A stretch of DNA of 64,000 bases from positions 56,931 to 120,930 of the IMG/VR virus record IMGVR_UViG_3300028920_000041. The stretch is one strand, 5' to 3'. Within the stretch, counting starts at the first letter, position 1, and the number at the start of each line of letters is the position of its first letter. The notes beneath the pieces are model-generated. The model did not search any database, was not told the origin of the DNA, and worked only from the letters and a program-made list of their open reading frames with translations. Source of the DNA: a virus. Below are positions 53,509-62,912 of this stretch, one piece after another. Made by a program: the position numbers and the translations under genes.

Positions 53509-54297
53509 ATGCCTTATTTGTTGGATTTGGCAAGACAACAAAATCTTAAAGGTCCAAATGGAGAATACGCTTGGTATTGGGTGGAAGACAACTCTGGATC
53601 TCCCAGATACACAAAAGGTGGTTTACCGCCAGATGCACCAAATCCAGGTTCTAATGATGTTTGGCCACTTTTAAGAAAGAGGCCTTTAACAGTTTACAGG
53701 TTTATGACCGGAAAAGGACCCAATGGTGCTAGATGCATTGGTTATAGAAGAGGAAACGGATCTAGGTGTCATGCTGGTATAGACCTTTGTGCTAAATACG
53801 GTGACACAGTTGTTGCTGTCGCAGATGGTACTATTGTAAACTTCTATTGGTTTTACAAAGGTGTGTTTGCTCTTTTCATTGATCATGGCAGTTACGTAGT
53901 GAACTATGGAGAAGTGGACAGGAGTAGTCTTTCCAGGTTCAATCTGAAGACACCAAGCTTTGCTGATGGGAATAAGTTAAGACGAACAACACGATTCTAC
54001 ACAGGTACTGATATCAGTGCAGTAGGTAGTTCCTATCCGTGGTTAGCTTCTGAAGGTTCTAGTGTCAAAGCTGGAGATCCAATTGCCATCGTTGGTAAGA
54101 TGGAAAAGAGTTCAATGCTTCATTTTGAGATGTATAGTTCTGGTGTAACCAAGAACAAGCGTTGGACCGGATTTCCTGACTCAAGTCCTCCCAGTGGTTT
54201 GTTGAATCCGACAAATTTCTTACTGTCACTTGCTGGTAAAAAGAGGGAAGCACAACCTTCTGCTAAAGAAACGTCAATTGCTAGTGTCTGTAGATAG
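53509..54297 (+). CDS. M23 family metallopeptidase (endolysin/virion lysin candidate)
   Basis: HAGIDL.A..GD.V.AVADG.I; G..VKAGD.IA.VG; LHFE; LNP..FL. Confidence 0.85.
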   Translation: MPYLLDLARQQNLKGPNGEYAWYWVEDNSGSPRYTKGGLPPDAPNPGSNDVWPLLRKRPLTVYRFMTGKGPNGARCIGYRRGNGSRCHAGIDLCAKYGDTVVAVADGTIVNFYWFYKGVFALFIDHGSYVVNYGEVDRSSLSRFNLKTPSFADGNKLRRTTRFYTGTDISAVGSSYPWLASEGSSVKAGDPIAIVGKMEKSSMLHFEMYSSGVTKNKRWTGFPDSSPPSGLLNPTNFLLSLAGKKREAQPSAKETSIASVCR

Positions 54298-54308
54298 GAG
54301 CTAAGAGA

Positions 54309-57119
54309 ATGGCTTTCAAGACTCGGCTACGCGGTATCTTTGGTTGGTCTTCGAACAAAAGACCAATGTCAAGGCCTACACTCAAAGATATTGCTCTACA
54401 GACACAGCAAGTACAGTCCGCTGCAGATCGCTATCACAGCGAAATGGACTTTTTACACAGAAGACGACAAGACAGATATGATGTCTATGATGCTATGGAT
54501 AACATGTCTGATGTTGCTTCTGTGCTTGATGCTTATGCCGAGGATGCTGTCCAGCTAGATCCAGAGCACAAGAAGTCAGTTTGGGTAACAGCAAAAAAGA
54601 CTAAAACAAAAAAGCTACTAAACTCATTTTTACATGAAACGCTGAACACTGAAGACTATGTAGAGGGTCTGTGCAGAGATGTTGCCAAGATGGGTGATGA
54701 CTTTGCTCTAGTCAAAGCTCAGAGGGGTAAAGGTGTTACGTCTTTAGTCTGGAGAGATCCTAGGGACATTGAAAGAATTGAAAACCTCGAAGGTATCTTG
54801 ATAGGCTTTGAAGAGACAGCTTTACTTGGTTCCTACAGACAAAGAGTCAACTCTGAAAGACAGCAGGGACGAGATGGCTCCAGTGTGAAACCATCCTATG
54901 AGCCATGGGATGTTATCCACTTTAGGATCTTCAAAAAGAAACGACTGCCGAAAGAGAAGAAACCAAACATCTACGGAACGTCTGTACTAGCAGGTTCAGA
55001 GAGAGTAGCGAAGCAAGTTAAGATACTGGACGACTTGCTTATGATTATGAGGCTCACAAGATCTCTAGACAGATATACATACTACGTTGACGTAGGTCGG
55101 TCACCGGTAGAAGAGGAAGTCAATATCTTACGTCGGTGGAAACAAGCGCTTAAAAGAAAGACCTATTTCGACCCTGCAACAGGACAGTTCGACTCCAGGT
55201 TCGATCCCTATGCTTGGTGTATCACAGGAGATACTAAAATATCTCTACTCGACGGCCGTGAAAGGACTGTTGAGCAACTTGTTGAAGAGTATGGAACAGA
55301 TAAATCTTTTTGGGTGTATTCTAGGGACAAAGAAGGCTATGTTGTTCCAGGGAAAGCAAAGTGTGTAGGCAAGACACGACTTGATGCTGAGCTAGTAAAA
55401 GTAACTCTTGATAATGGTCAGTCTGTCAGGTGCACACCGGATCATAGGTGGATGCTCAAAGACGGCTCATACAAGGAAGCAGAGAAACTAACATCAGGGG
55501 ACAGCTTGAGTCCTCTGTATAGATCTGTCAATAGAGAGGGGTATGAAACCTTCCTTCAGAAGGCTAAAAGAGGTGGTAGGTGGGACTGTACCCATATAAT
55601 GGTAGCTGAAGCTATGTATGGAGCAGAGGCTGTAAGGTACAATGATCCTCCCTTAGACTACACAGGGATTAACAATGTACATCATCTAAAAAAACACAAT
55701 AACAATTCCCCTGAATGCTTGGTTCTTATGGGGAAAGCCGAGCATATGGAAGAGCATAGAAGGTTAAGGGAGAATGATCCGGTTGCTCTCGAAGAATTTG
55801 AATGTAAGAGGATAGAAGCGCTAAGGAAATCAGGATATTCTCCAGCTAGAGCTAAAGCAATGCGGGTTAGGTGGGAAGATCCTTGTTTCAAATCTGTGAT
55901 GTCTCAAGCTGTTTCTGAAAGTTGGAATGATGAGAATAGCAGAGCCAATAGAGTAGAAGCTATCTCTTCCAGGAATAAGAGGTTATGGAGAGATCAAGAC
56001 TACAGAGAAATGATGAAGAGAAGCGCTCGAAAGGAGTTGAGAAGAAGATACCTAGAGCTTGTTGAAGAAGCTGTGTCTATGATGGTCAAAGAGGGTTTCG
56101 ATCCTATGACTGAATGGGATATTGCTAGAGACTATCTTATGACTATAGGGTTGCTACCACCAATCACTCCAAAATGGGAGAAAGCTTTAGGGTACATAGA
56201 ACTTGGGGAAGGTATCCTAGGTGATGCTAACCATAAGGTTGATTCTGTTGAATTTTTGAGTGATCGTGAAGATACTTATGATATTACAGTTAAGGACCAC
56301 AACAACTTTGCTTTGACTGCAGGTGTTTTTATTCATAACTCCGAAGACATTTTTTGGTCAGTAAAGGAGAATAGGAATTCACGTGTCGAAGTACAGCAAG
56401 GGATCACAAACATATCAGACATTGTAGATATTGACCACTTCAGAGATAAGTTCTTTGGTTCTTTAAGAGCACCAAAGGCTTATTTCGGATATGACGGTGA
56501 ACATAATTCTAAGGCTTCCTTGTCAAGCCAGTCTTTAAAGTGGTCTAAAGCAGTGACTTCGATACAAAGAGCTGTTAAGCAAGGCTTGACTCGTTTGTGC
56601 CAGATACATTTGGCTTATCTAGGTCTTGACACAAATGCAGATCAATTTGAAGTCCATATGACACCACCTTCTATTGTTGAATTACTGGATAAGCTGGAGG
56701 CCTGGCAGAATGTGGTTGATGTGGCTGAAAGGATGTCAACGCTTGGTGAAACACTGAATCTTGATAAGTATGACTGGACAGTGTACATTCTCGAAAACGT
56801 TATGTGGTTGTCTAAAGACGAAGTTAAAAAGTTTACTAAGAAGATACCGAAAGATGCACCGCAAGAAGAGCCAGACGATCAGCAGCAGAAACCCACAGAG
56901 CCTCCACAGCCATTTGACACACCGTTTACAAAGCCTGGTGGACAGCCACAACCGGCTGATGTAGTTGGCAAGGGTCCGAAAGAGCCAGAGGAAAAACCTC
57001 AAGCACAGCCTGAAGAAGGCTATGGTGCAAATGGTAAAAGCACAGTACAGCTTGCTAGTATGGAAGTGGATAAGTTGCTTTTAGAGATCAAAGATTACAT
57101 GGAAGCTAGAGTTAACTAA
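54309..57119 (+). CDS. gp20: Portal protein (T4 gp20 family) interrupted by an intein
   Basis: YD.MD...DV...LD.YAED; YG.S.L....R..KQ...L.D...I.RL.R...R..YYVDVG; after the intein EDIFW...DI.DI.HFR.K.F..L..PK. Confidence 0.92.
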   Translation: MAFKTRLRGIFGWSSNKRPMSRPTLKDIALQTQQVQSAADRYHSEMDFLHRRRQDRYDVYDAMDNMSDVASVLDAYAEDAVQLDPEHKKSVWVTAKKTKTKKLLNSFLHETLNTEDYVEGLCRDVAKMGDDFALVKAQRGKGVTSLVWRDPRDIERIENLEGILIGFEETALLGSYRQRVNSERQQGRDGSSVKPSYEPWDVIHFRIFKKKRLPKEKKPNIYGTSVLAGSERVAKQVKILDDLLMIMRLTRSLDRYTYYVDVGRSPVEEEVNILRRWKQALKRKTYFDPATGQFDSRFDPYAWCITGDTKISLLDGRERTVEQLVEEYGTDKSFWVYSRDKEGYVVPGKAKCVGKTRLDAELVKVTLDNGQSVRCTPDHRWMLKDGSYKEAEKLTSGDSLSPLYRSVNREGYETFLQKAKRGGRWDCTHIMVAEAMYGAEAVRYNDPPLDYTGINNVHHLKKHNNNSPECLVLMGKAEHMEEHRRLRENDPVALEEFECKRIEALRKSGYSPARAKAMRVRWEDPCFKSVMSQAVSESWNDENSRANRVEAISSRNKRLWRDQDYREMMKRSARKELRRRYLELVEEAVSMMVKEGFDPMTEWDIARDYLMTIGLLPPITPKWEKALGYIELGEGILGDANHKVDSVEFLSDREDTYDITVKDHNNFALTAGVFIHNSEDIFWSVKENRNSRVEVQQGITNISDIVDIDHFRDKFFGSLRAPKAYFGYDGEHNSKASLSSQSLKWSKAVTSIQRAVKQGLTRLCQIHLAYLGLDTNADQFEVHMTPPSIVELLDKLEAWQNVVDVAERMSTLGETLNLDKYDWTVYILENVMWLSKDEVKKFTKKIPKDAPQEEPDDQQQKPTEPPQPFDTPFTKPGGQPQPADVVGKGPKEPEEKPQAQPEEGYGANGKSTVQLASMEVDKLLLEIKDYMEARVN
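55218..56339 (+). mobile_element. Intein (374 aa) with HNH-type homing endonuclease region
   Basis: Block A CITGDTKISLLDG, block B CTPDH.W...DG, block F DTYDITV..HNNFAL, block G GVFIHN followed by Ser; internal THIMVAE...VHH...NNNSPECL...EH..EH and basic helical repeats. Confidence 0.93.
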
Positions 57120-57394
57120 TGTGGAAGGCACTGGCGTCTGATTATGAGAGGTTGATGAGCGCTGAAGTAGCACTCAAAGTGTGTCCAGAGTGTGGCCTGA
57201 ACCCTTTTGTACCGTTTCTTAGAGGACAAGTCAGAGCGGGTGTTGTCAGAAGTTGGTCAGAAGATCTCAAGTCCAGTATCCACAAAAGACTACCAAGAGT
57301 ATTTGCTGTCATTTGTTGTAAGTGCAAAGAGGTTGTGGCTTATGAGAATATAAACGGTGAGTCAACGCTGAAAAAGAAGTACAGAAAGCACTAA
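57119..57394 (+). CDS. Small zinc-finger protein
   Basis: CPEC...CCKC; TAATG coupling at both ends. Confidence 0.6.
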   Translation: MWKALASDYERLMSAEVALKVCPECGLNPFVPFLRGQVRAGVVRSWSEDLKSSIHKRLPRVFAVICCKCKEVVAYENINGESTLKKKYRKH

Positions 57395-58353
57395 TGCTAT
57401 TTCTAGGACATGAACACAGTGGTTGGTGTGAGCATACTCTAGATCACAAAGAGCATGTTCTAGAGCAATACATAGAGCGAAGGGCTGGCGAGTTAGGTCT
57501 TTCTGAGACAATCACGCCCTATGTGATTCAAGAGCTAAAAAGAAGGCTTGAATTTAAGCATAACCTAAGATCTATAGGAAGCTTAGAAGAGTCCAAAGCC
57601 TTCTCCAGTGCAAAGCCACGAGGCAAAGGATCTAATACCAAGCGAAGAGATATACGCAACCTGCAAGGTGGTAGCAGGTTCAAATCATCTCAAAGGCAGC
57701 ATGCAAGGATTGCAGGCAAACGACTTGAAAAAGAGGTCAAGGACTTTGCGAAGCACATAGAAAAGCAGGTACAGCTTTATCAACAAGAGTACTTGTCGTT
57801 TACTCGATTAGGTACTCGTTGTTCCATTGCTTTCAAGTCTACTGTTGAGGAAGTCTTTAAGCTAGGTATGAAAGCAGTAGGTCTCGTTAAACCAGCCGGT
57901 TCGTCTTATGACTTAACAGATAACGAGAAAAAGTGGATCAAGAGCTACATCCGAGAGGAAATGAAGTACTTTAACAAGTTCTTGAGACAGATAAGAGACA
58001 AGCCAGGCAGAAAAGATGTAAAGAGAAGAATAGGACTATACGCTAGCTCTTTGAAGTCTGTTTACGAGGCAGGACGCTTGATGTCAACCGGTCCAGAGGT
58101 TCTGATTTACTGGACGCTTGAAAGTTCTAATCCTTGTCCGGATTGTATTTTGTTAAGCAAGTACAATCCATATACTCCAGATACACTTCCCTGTACTCCG
58201 AAGAGTGGCAGTACTCGGTGTTTGAGTCATTGTTATTGTAAATTGCGGATCGATAAAGCGACACCTTACCAGGTTAGAAAAGCAAGAGAGAAACACAGGA
58301 AGCCTAGTTGGCTACTAAAGAAGATAAGAGACCAACGGAAGAAGAAAACCTAA
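57394..58353 (+). CDS. Head morphogenesis protein (Mu gpF/SPP1 gp7-like)
   Basis: E..YF.KF...I; R..LY; YW.L....PCPDC..L...PY....LP..P..G.T.C..HC.C.L; follows the portal. Confidence 0.7.
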   Translation: MLFLGHEHSGWCEHTLDHKEHVLEQYIERRAGELGLSETITPYVIQELKRRLEFKHNLRSIGSLEESKAFSSAKPRGKGSNTKRRDIRNLQGGSRFKSSQRQHARIAGKRLEKEVKDFAKHIEKQVQLYQQEYLSFTRLGTRCSIAFKSTVEEVFKLGMKAVGLVKPAGSSYDLTDNEKKWIKSYIREEMKYFNKFLRQIRDKPGRKDVKRRIGLYASSLKSVYEAGRLMSTGPEVLIYWTLESSNPCPDCILLSKYNPYTPDTLPCTPKSGSTRCLSHCYCKLRIDKATPYQVRKAREKHRKPSWLLKKIRDQRKKKT

Positions 58354-58613
58354 GCCTTGGTCGTAAGCGATACGGCCGGATGGTTCGAATGTTCCGTGAA
58401 GGTTTTCTATCCATCTGTGTCTATAAGAATGTCTATGAGAAACGGACTTTCTTTGATGTTGTTGTGTACAGAAAGATTAAGACAAATGGAGGTTACGACT
58501 ACAAGAGAGGAACGAACTTGAAGCCGACAGATCTACCTGTGCTGTCTAAGTTGCTGACGGAGGTACAAGATTTCTTGGCGGTTACAAATCTCGAAGAAAA
58601 TATAGTACAGTAA
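58308..58613 (+). CDS. Small PC4-like ssDNA-binding-fold protein (start uncertain)
   Basis: G...I.V..N......F.DV.V.R......G.Y......KP.DLP.L..LL..V..F pattern. Confidence 0.45.
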   Translation: MATKEDKRPTEEENLSLGRKRYGRMVRMFREGFLSICVYKNVYEKRTFFDVVVYRKIKTNGGYDYKRGTNLKPTDLPVLSKLLTEVQDFLAVTNLEENIVQ

Positions 58614-58657
58614 GACCCCATAGGGGTATATCTATCATGGGGAAGCCTTGACCCTCG

Positions 58658-59464
58658 TTGGGTTATAGGCTATTTTTGCGTCTAACTCTTTTGGTATCCT
58701 TCATGTCACCATCCATTGGGTCCGCTGAGTATCGGGCGCTGTCCTTTCGAGATCAGCTAGAGATAACAGCGCTCAAGCTGTTTGATCCAGGCAAGTATGA
58801 AGAGCTTCATGAAGGTATTGTAAAGAAGAAAGACCCTAGCGGCCAAACCTGGACCCTCCCGTATCCTCCCCTCCCAGATGATCTAGACGTAGCAGATTTG
58901 CCCATAAGTGTTCTTCGTAACTATTGGGCAGGCTATTCGTGTCTCTATAACGCTAAGTGGTATGCAGAGGATTACAAGGGACTGACACCACTTGATGACT
59001 ATGGTATTGATGCTAAGAAGATGGTGAACATATGGACGTTTACTTTGCCACTTTTTTGTGTAGATCCAGCCGTTCATTATGCTTTTTTGTGGCTAGCCGA
59101 ACGGTACCAGTCCACATCAAGAATTCATTTGGTTATTTCTGCAGCAAAGGTTTACTTGAATCTTTATATGCGAATGTTGGAAGATACGTCTCATGACCTT
59201 TTCAAGGGTAGGAGTACGACAGATCCAAGAGCTGTTGTTAAGGCGTCTCTAATGGAGTATAACACTATCTTCAACTTTGTTGGGTTGAATAACTATTGTC
59301 CTATTGTGGAGGAGTGTCACGAATTGACGTGGTTCGAAGTTGGGGAGTTTTCGCTATACGAGAAGCCTAGGCAGAAGGGAGGTAAGTGGTTTTATCCGTT
59401 GATCCCGGCTGGTTTATTTACAGCACCTAACTTTAGCATAAAGACATGGCAGTTTCTGAAATGA
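58658..59464 (+). CDS. Hypothetical protein (start uncertain, TTG 58658 or ATG 58703)
   Basis: Long ORF overlapping the helicase start; no motif recognised. Confidence 0.6.
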   Translation: MGYRLFLRLTLLVSFMSPSIGSAEYRALSFRDQLEITALKLFDPGKYEELHEGIVKKKDPSGQTWTLPYPPLPDDLDVADLPISVLRNYWAGYSCLYNAKWYAEDYKGLTPLDDYGIDAKKMVNIWTFTLPLFCVDPAVHYAFLWLAERYQSTSRIHLVISAAKVYLNLYMRMLEDTSHDLFKGRSTTDPRAVVKASLMEYNTIFNFVGLNNYCPIVEECHELTWFEVGEFSLYEKPRQKGGKWFYPLIPAGLFTAPNFSIKTWQFLK

Positions 59465-60921
59465 GAGTGAAAAGGGGTATTGTCAAGTCCACAGTCACAG
59501 ACTTGACAGAGAAAGAGCTAGCTGTTATACAGAACTACTTTAATGAGTTTGAATGTGGCAGCAAGTTGTTTAACGAAGATGACAATTCTGTTCTATCTGG
59601 TTTGACGACATGGCTTGAGAGGCAAGGACTTGATATAGAGATAGACGAAGATCAGTATCCTGAAAAGTTTGACATAAGGCTTATTGATGTAGATGACACG
59701 ATCCTTGAGCAGAGGACTTTAAGAGATTACCAAGTTGCTGCAGTGAAAAAAGCGCTTCACTTTGGCCGAGGAATTATCCAGGTGTCAACGGGTGGTGGGA
59801 AAACAGAGATAGCTGCAGCGCTCTATGCACATCTAATCTTCTATGGCTACGCACAGACAGCAGTCTTTTTGGTACCTACTGTGTTTTTAATGGAGCAGTT
59901 AGCTAATCGGTTAGAGATGTTTGGTTTTAGTTCTGTTTGTCGTGTTGGTGGTGGTAATAAGTTCAAGCCAGATCATGAGATTTATGTGTTTGTAGTTGAT
60001 TCGGCGTACAGAGGCTTGAAGAAACAAGAAATCAAGGAGTACTTGGAAAATGTGGATGTGCTGATACTGGACGAAGCACACCATGCAGGCTCAAACTCCT
60101 GGACTCAAGTGTGCGAGACCTGCCAAGCACCTTACAGGTATGCTTTCACAGCGACAGTCTATGACGATCCAAGCCGATACAACAAGATGGACTTAACACT
60201 GATAGGGTTAACGGGACCTATTGTCTACGAAGTACGGTCCAAGGAACTTCGAGAAAGGGGCTATCTTGCAGATCCATTGGTTACTATCCTTTCAATGAAA
60301 GCACCAAAGGTTAGAGCTTGGGACTGGGACAGTGTCTACAAGATAGGAATCGTAAGAAATAGGTTAAGGAATGATGCTATAAAGAAGCTAGCTTGCAAGT
60401 GCTACGAAGCAGGCAGTAAGGTTATGGTGTTTGTCGGAAGAAAGAACCACGGGCATAGTCTGGCAAAGTCCATTGCTTTCCAGCTTGGGTGTGATGTTTG
60501 CTTTGTGCATGGTAACAGCACAGCCTATATCTACAAGTCGATGGATCGTGTGAGTCGGCAGAAGTGGTCTGTAGAGGATGTAGCGTCCTATATCAACGAA
60601 AAAGACAGAGCAATTCTTATCACGACAACGGTTCTTGATGAAGGCTTAGATGTTCCTGTGATTGATGTTTTGATTATGGGAACTGCTATGAAGAAGTATA
60701 GAAGGACTGTTCAGCGTTGTGGACGTGGCATGAGACCCAAAGAAGGTCATAACAAGGTTTATATCTTCGATTTCTGGGATGATTGTCACCCATTTTTAGA
60801 GAAGCATTCCAGGTACAGGCTCTGGACGTACAAGTCAGAATTTTTCGATCTGTCCAAGTCCCTGGCCGAGACATCGCAGGTGATGGGGGTGGACATTTTG
60901 ATTGACAAAATGGCCAGTTAG
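59446..60921 (+). CDS. uvsW: SF2 helicase (UvsW-like)
   Basis: LRDYQ, STGGGKT, ILDEAHH, AFTAT, VLDEGLDVP.IDVLI, QRCGRGMRP motifs. Confidence 0.9.
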   Translation: MAVSEMRVKRGIVKSTVTDLTEKELAVIQNYFNEFECGSKLFNEDDNSVLSGLTTWLERQGLDIEIDEDQYPEKFDIRLIDVDDTILEQRTLRDYQVAAVKKALHFGRGIIQVSTGGGKTEIAAALYAHLIFYGYAQTAVFLVPTVFLMEQLANRLEMFGFSSVCRVGGGNKFKPDHEIYVFVVDSAYRGLKKQEIKEYLENVDVLILDEAHHAGSNSWTQVCETCQAPYRYAFTATVYDDPSRYNKMDLTLIGLTGPIVYEVRSKELRERGYLADPLVTILSMKAPKVRAWDWDSVYKIGIVRNRLRNDAIKKLACKCYEAGSKVMVFVGRKNHGHSLAKSIAFQLGCDVCFVHGNSTAYIYKSMDRVSRQKWSVEDVASYINEKDRAILITTTVLDEGLDVPVIDVLIMGTAMKKYRRTVQRCGRGMRPKEGHNKVYIFDFWDDCHPFLEKHSRYRLWTYKSEFFDLSKSLAETSQVMGVDILIDKMAS

Positions 60922-60960
60922 GCGGTACGACCGTGGGAACCCGAGATCAGAGAGACAGGC

Positions 60961-61248
60961 ATGAAACCTACACAGGTACGTGTTGTTATTCGACAAAAGC
61001 TTAGTGTTGGGTGCTATGAAAACATCGAACCGGAGGTAGAGATCTGCGCAGAGCTAGAGCCAGGAGATGATCCCGCCAAGTGCCTTTCTCAGCTTCACCA
61101 GTCCGTACAGGCAGCGTGGGCCAAGCAAGCGTTGACAGAGCTTGCGTGGGTTGCCCAACGCAGGAAGCTTGACAAAGAAGAAAAAAAGTTTTTTGAATAC
61201 ACGAACGTTACTAACTCTACTAGATCTCAACTCAAAGGTTTGCTTTGA
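60961..61248 (+). CDS. Hypothetical protein
   Basis: 95-aa ORF; K...G.YENI..EV pattern; no function assigned. Confidence 0.6.
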   Translation: MKPTQVRVVIRQKLSVGCYENIEPEVEICAELEPGDDPAKCLSQLHQSVQAAWAKQALTELAWVAQRRKLDKEEKKFFEYTNVTNSTRSQLKGLL

Positions 61249-61251
61249 TTT

Positions 61252-62703
61252 ATGCTCGATATGGAAGACCCTAAATACAAATTTCAGGAACCTTTTCAGC
61301 GCAAGATAGCCGCACTTTGTCTCAAGGACCCTGTATTTCTCCAGGACTATGAAGATGTCGTAGATCCTAGGTTCTTTGAATTTGATTACATCTCCAGTAT
61401 TGTTCGCATCGCTAAAGGACACGTTGAAAAGCACAAAGAACTCCCTTCCAAGTCTACGCTAGTAGAGTCAGTGAAAGAACATTGTGACACCTACCGAGTC
61501 AGTGAAAGAGACTCCCAGGAGATACTTGACAAGCTTGAAACACTCTACACGATAGATGTTGCAGATCCATCCTCTGTAAAAGACAAAGTCATACGATTTG
61601 GTAAACGCCAGGCTTTAAAGTCTGCTGTTATGGAGATAGCAGACTTAATTGACACAGATAGTGAGTATGAACGTTCTGTAGAGCTAATAAACAATGCGAA
61701 TCAAGTAGGTCAGAATACCCGTGACCTTGGCATACAGGCTTTTGGGTCCTTTAGTGACTTGCCAAGGCTTTTAGCCGAAGAAGGAAGTTACGATCCTGCA
61801 AAGAAGATTTCTACGCTACTTCCATCATTAGACAAAGCTATCTATGGTGGCCCTGGAAGGAAAGAGGTCTGGGTCATTATGGGTCTGTCAGGGTTCGGTA
61901 AGAGTCAATGGCTTGTCAATATGGGTGCGGCTGCTATTAACCAGGGATATAATGTTGTTCATGTGACGGTAGGGGATTTAGATCAACTCGACGTGATGAC
62001 ACGCTATGGTGCCCGACTAACGCACCTGCCTATTGAGGAAGTGGCCGGTAACTCCGAGGCATACAAGCGGTGTGCTCAAAAGATTGATAAGTTCACCGGT
62101 AGGTATCTAAGAATCAAGTACTACTCTGCAGGCTCTGTAACTACCGGAATGATCAGAGCTTACCTTTCCAGGCTTATGGCGAGAGATGGGATCAAGCCTG
62201 ACTTGATTCTTCTTGACTACCCGGACAAGTTCCGGCGAATGCATGAAAATGACTATACGAACATGGGAATCATCTATCAAGATATCTGCGGTATGGCTGG
62301 AGATTTTAACTGTGTGATCTGGGCTGCGTCCCAAGTCAAGCGTTGGTCGGCATGGAATGATGAGAAAGAGTACTTGACACAAGACAAAGTAGCGGATTCG
62401 TTTCACAAGGCTCAAGATGTTGATGGTATTGTAACGTTTAATCAGACGATGGATGAAAACAACCGAGGTCGGGCGAGAGCTTGGGTCGATAAGGTACGGC
62501 GAGGAAAGAAGCAGTTTTTGATACACCTTGAGTGTGATTTTGCGAAGAGCTACTTACGAGAAATGACACCTCAAGAGCTTGCAAGAGAAGAAGAGTACTT
62601 AGCTGTAGATCGTGAAAGAGAAGCTGAGATAAGAAAGCAGACTAGAAACAAAGCTAAAAGGAACAACGCACTAGAGGCTAAACGATTGGAAGAGGAACGA
62701 TGA
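61252..62703 (+). CDS. Replicative DnaB/gp41-like helicase
   Basis: Walker A MGLSGFGKS, PDLILLDYPD, WAASQV, D.VADSF.K...VD motifs. Confidence 0.9.
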   Translation: MLDMEDPKYKFQEPFQRKIAALCLKDPVFLQDYEDVVDPRFFEFDYISSIVRIAKGHVEKHKELPSKSTLVESVKEHCDTYRVSERDSQEILDKLETLYTIDVADPSSVKDKVIRFGKRQALKSAVMEIADLIDTDSEYERSVELINNANQVGQNTRDLGIQAFGSFSDLPRLLAEEGSYDPAKKISTLLPSLDKAIYGGPGRKEVWVIMGLSGFGKSQWLVNMGAAAINQGYNVVHVTVGDLDQLDVMTRYGARLTHLPIEEVAGNSEAYKRCAQKIDKFTGRYLRIKYYSAGSVTTGMIRAYLSRLMARDGIKPDLILLDYPDKFRRMHENDYTNMGIIYQDICGMAGDFNCVIWAASQVKRWSAWNDEKEYLTQDKVADSFHKAQDVDGIVTFNQTMDENNRGRARAWVDKVRRGKKQFLIHLECDFAKSYLREMTPQELAREEEYLAVDREREAEIRKQTRNKAKRNNALEAKRLEEER

Positions 62704-62909
62704 GACTAGTTGTTACTGCTAATGAGTATTTGTTTAACAGATTCAAGGAACTGGCAATCTCGATAGATCAGTTGAAGGGCATTGTTCAGAACGATATTCA
62801 CATAAGTCAGAGACAGTTTGCTACATGGCGTAGACAAGCCAAGCAAATTGAAAATGAGTACAGGGTGCTTATCGAAAGAACAATAAACCATGTGCTTGAT
62901 GAAAACTAG
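62700..62909 (+). CDS. Small hypothetical protein
   Basis: 69-aa helical ORF, ATGA-coupled. Confidence 0.55.
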   Translation: MRLVVTANEYLFNRFKELAISIDQLKGIVQNDIHISQRQFATWRRQAKQIENEYRVLIERTINHVLDEN

Positions 62910-62912
62910 CTA

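Noticed and set aside
58648-58676. Promoter TTGACC-17-TATTTT before the 58658 ORF
   Set aside because: Both hexamers are imperfect and overlap the proposed start codon; too weak to list.
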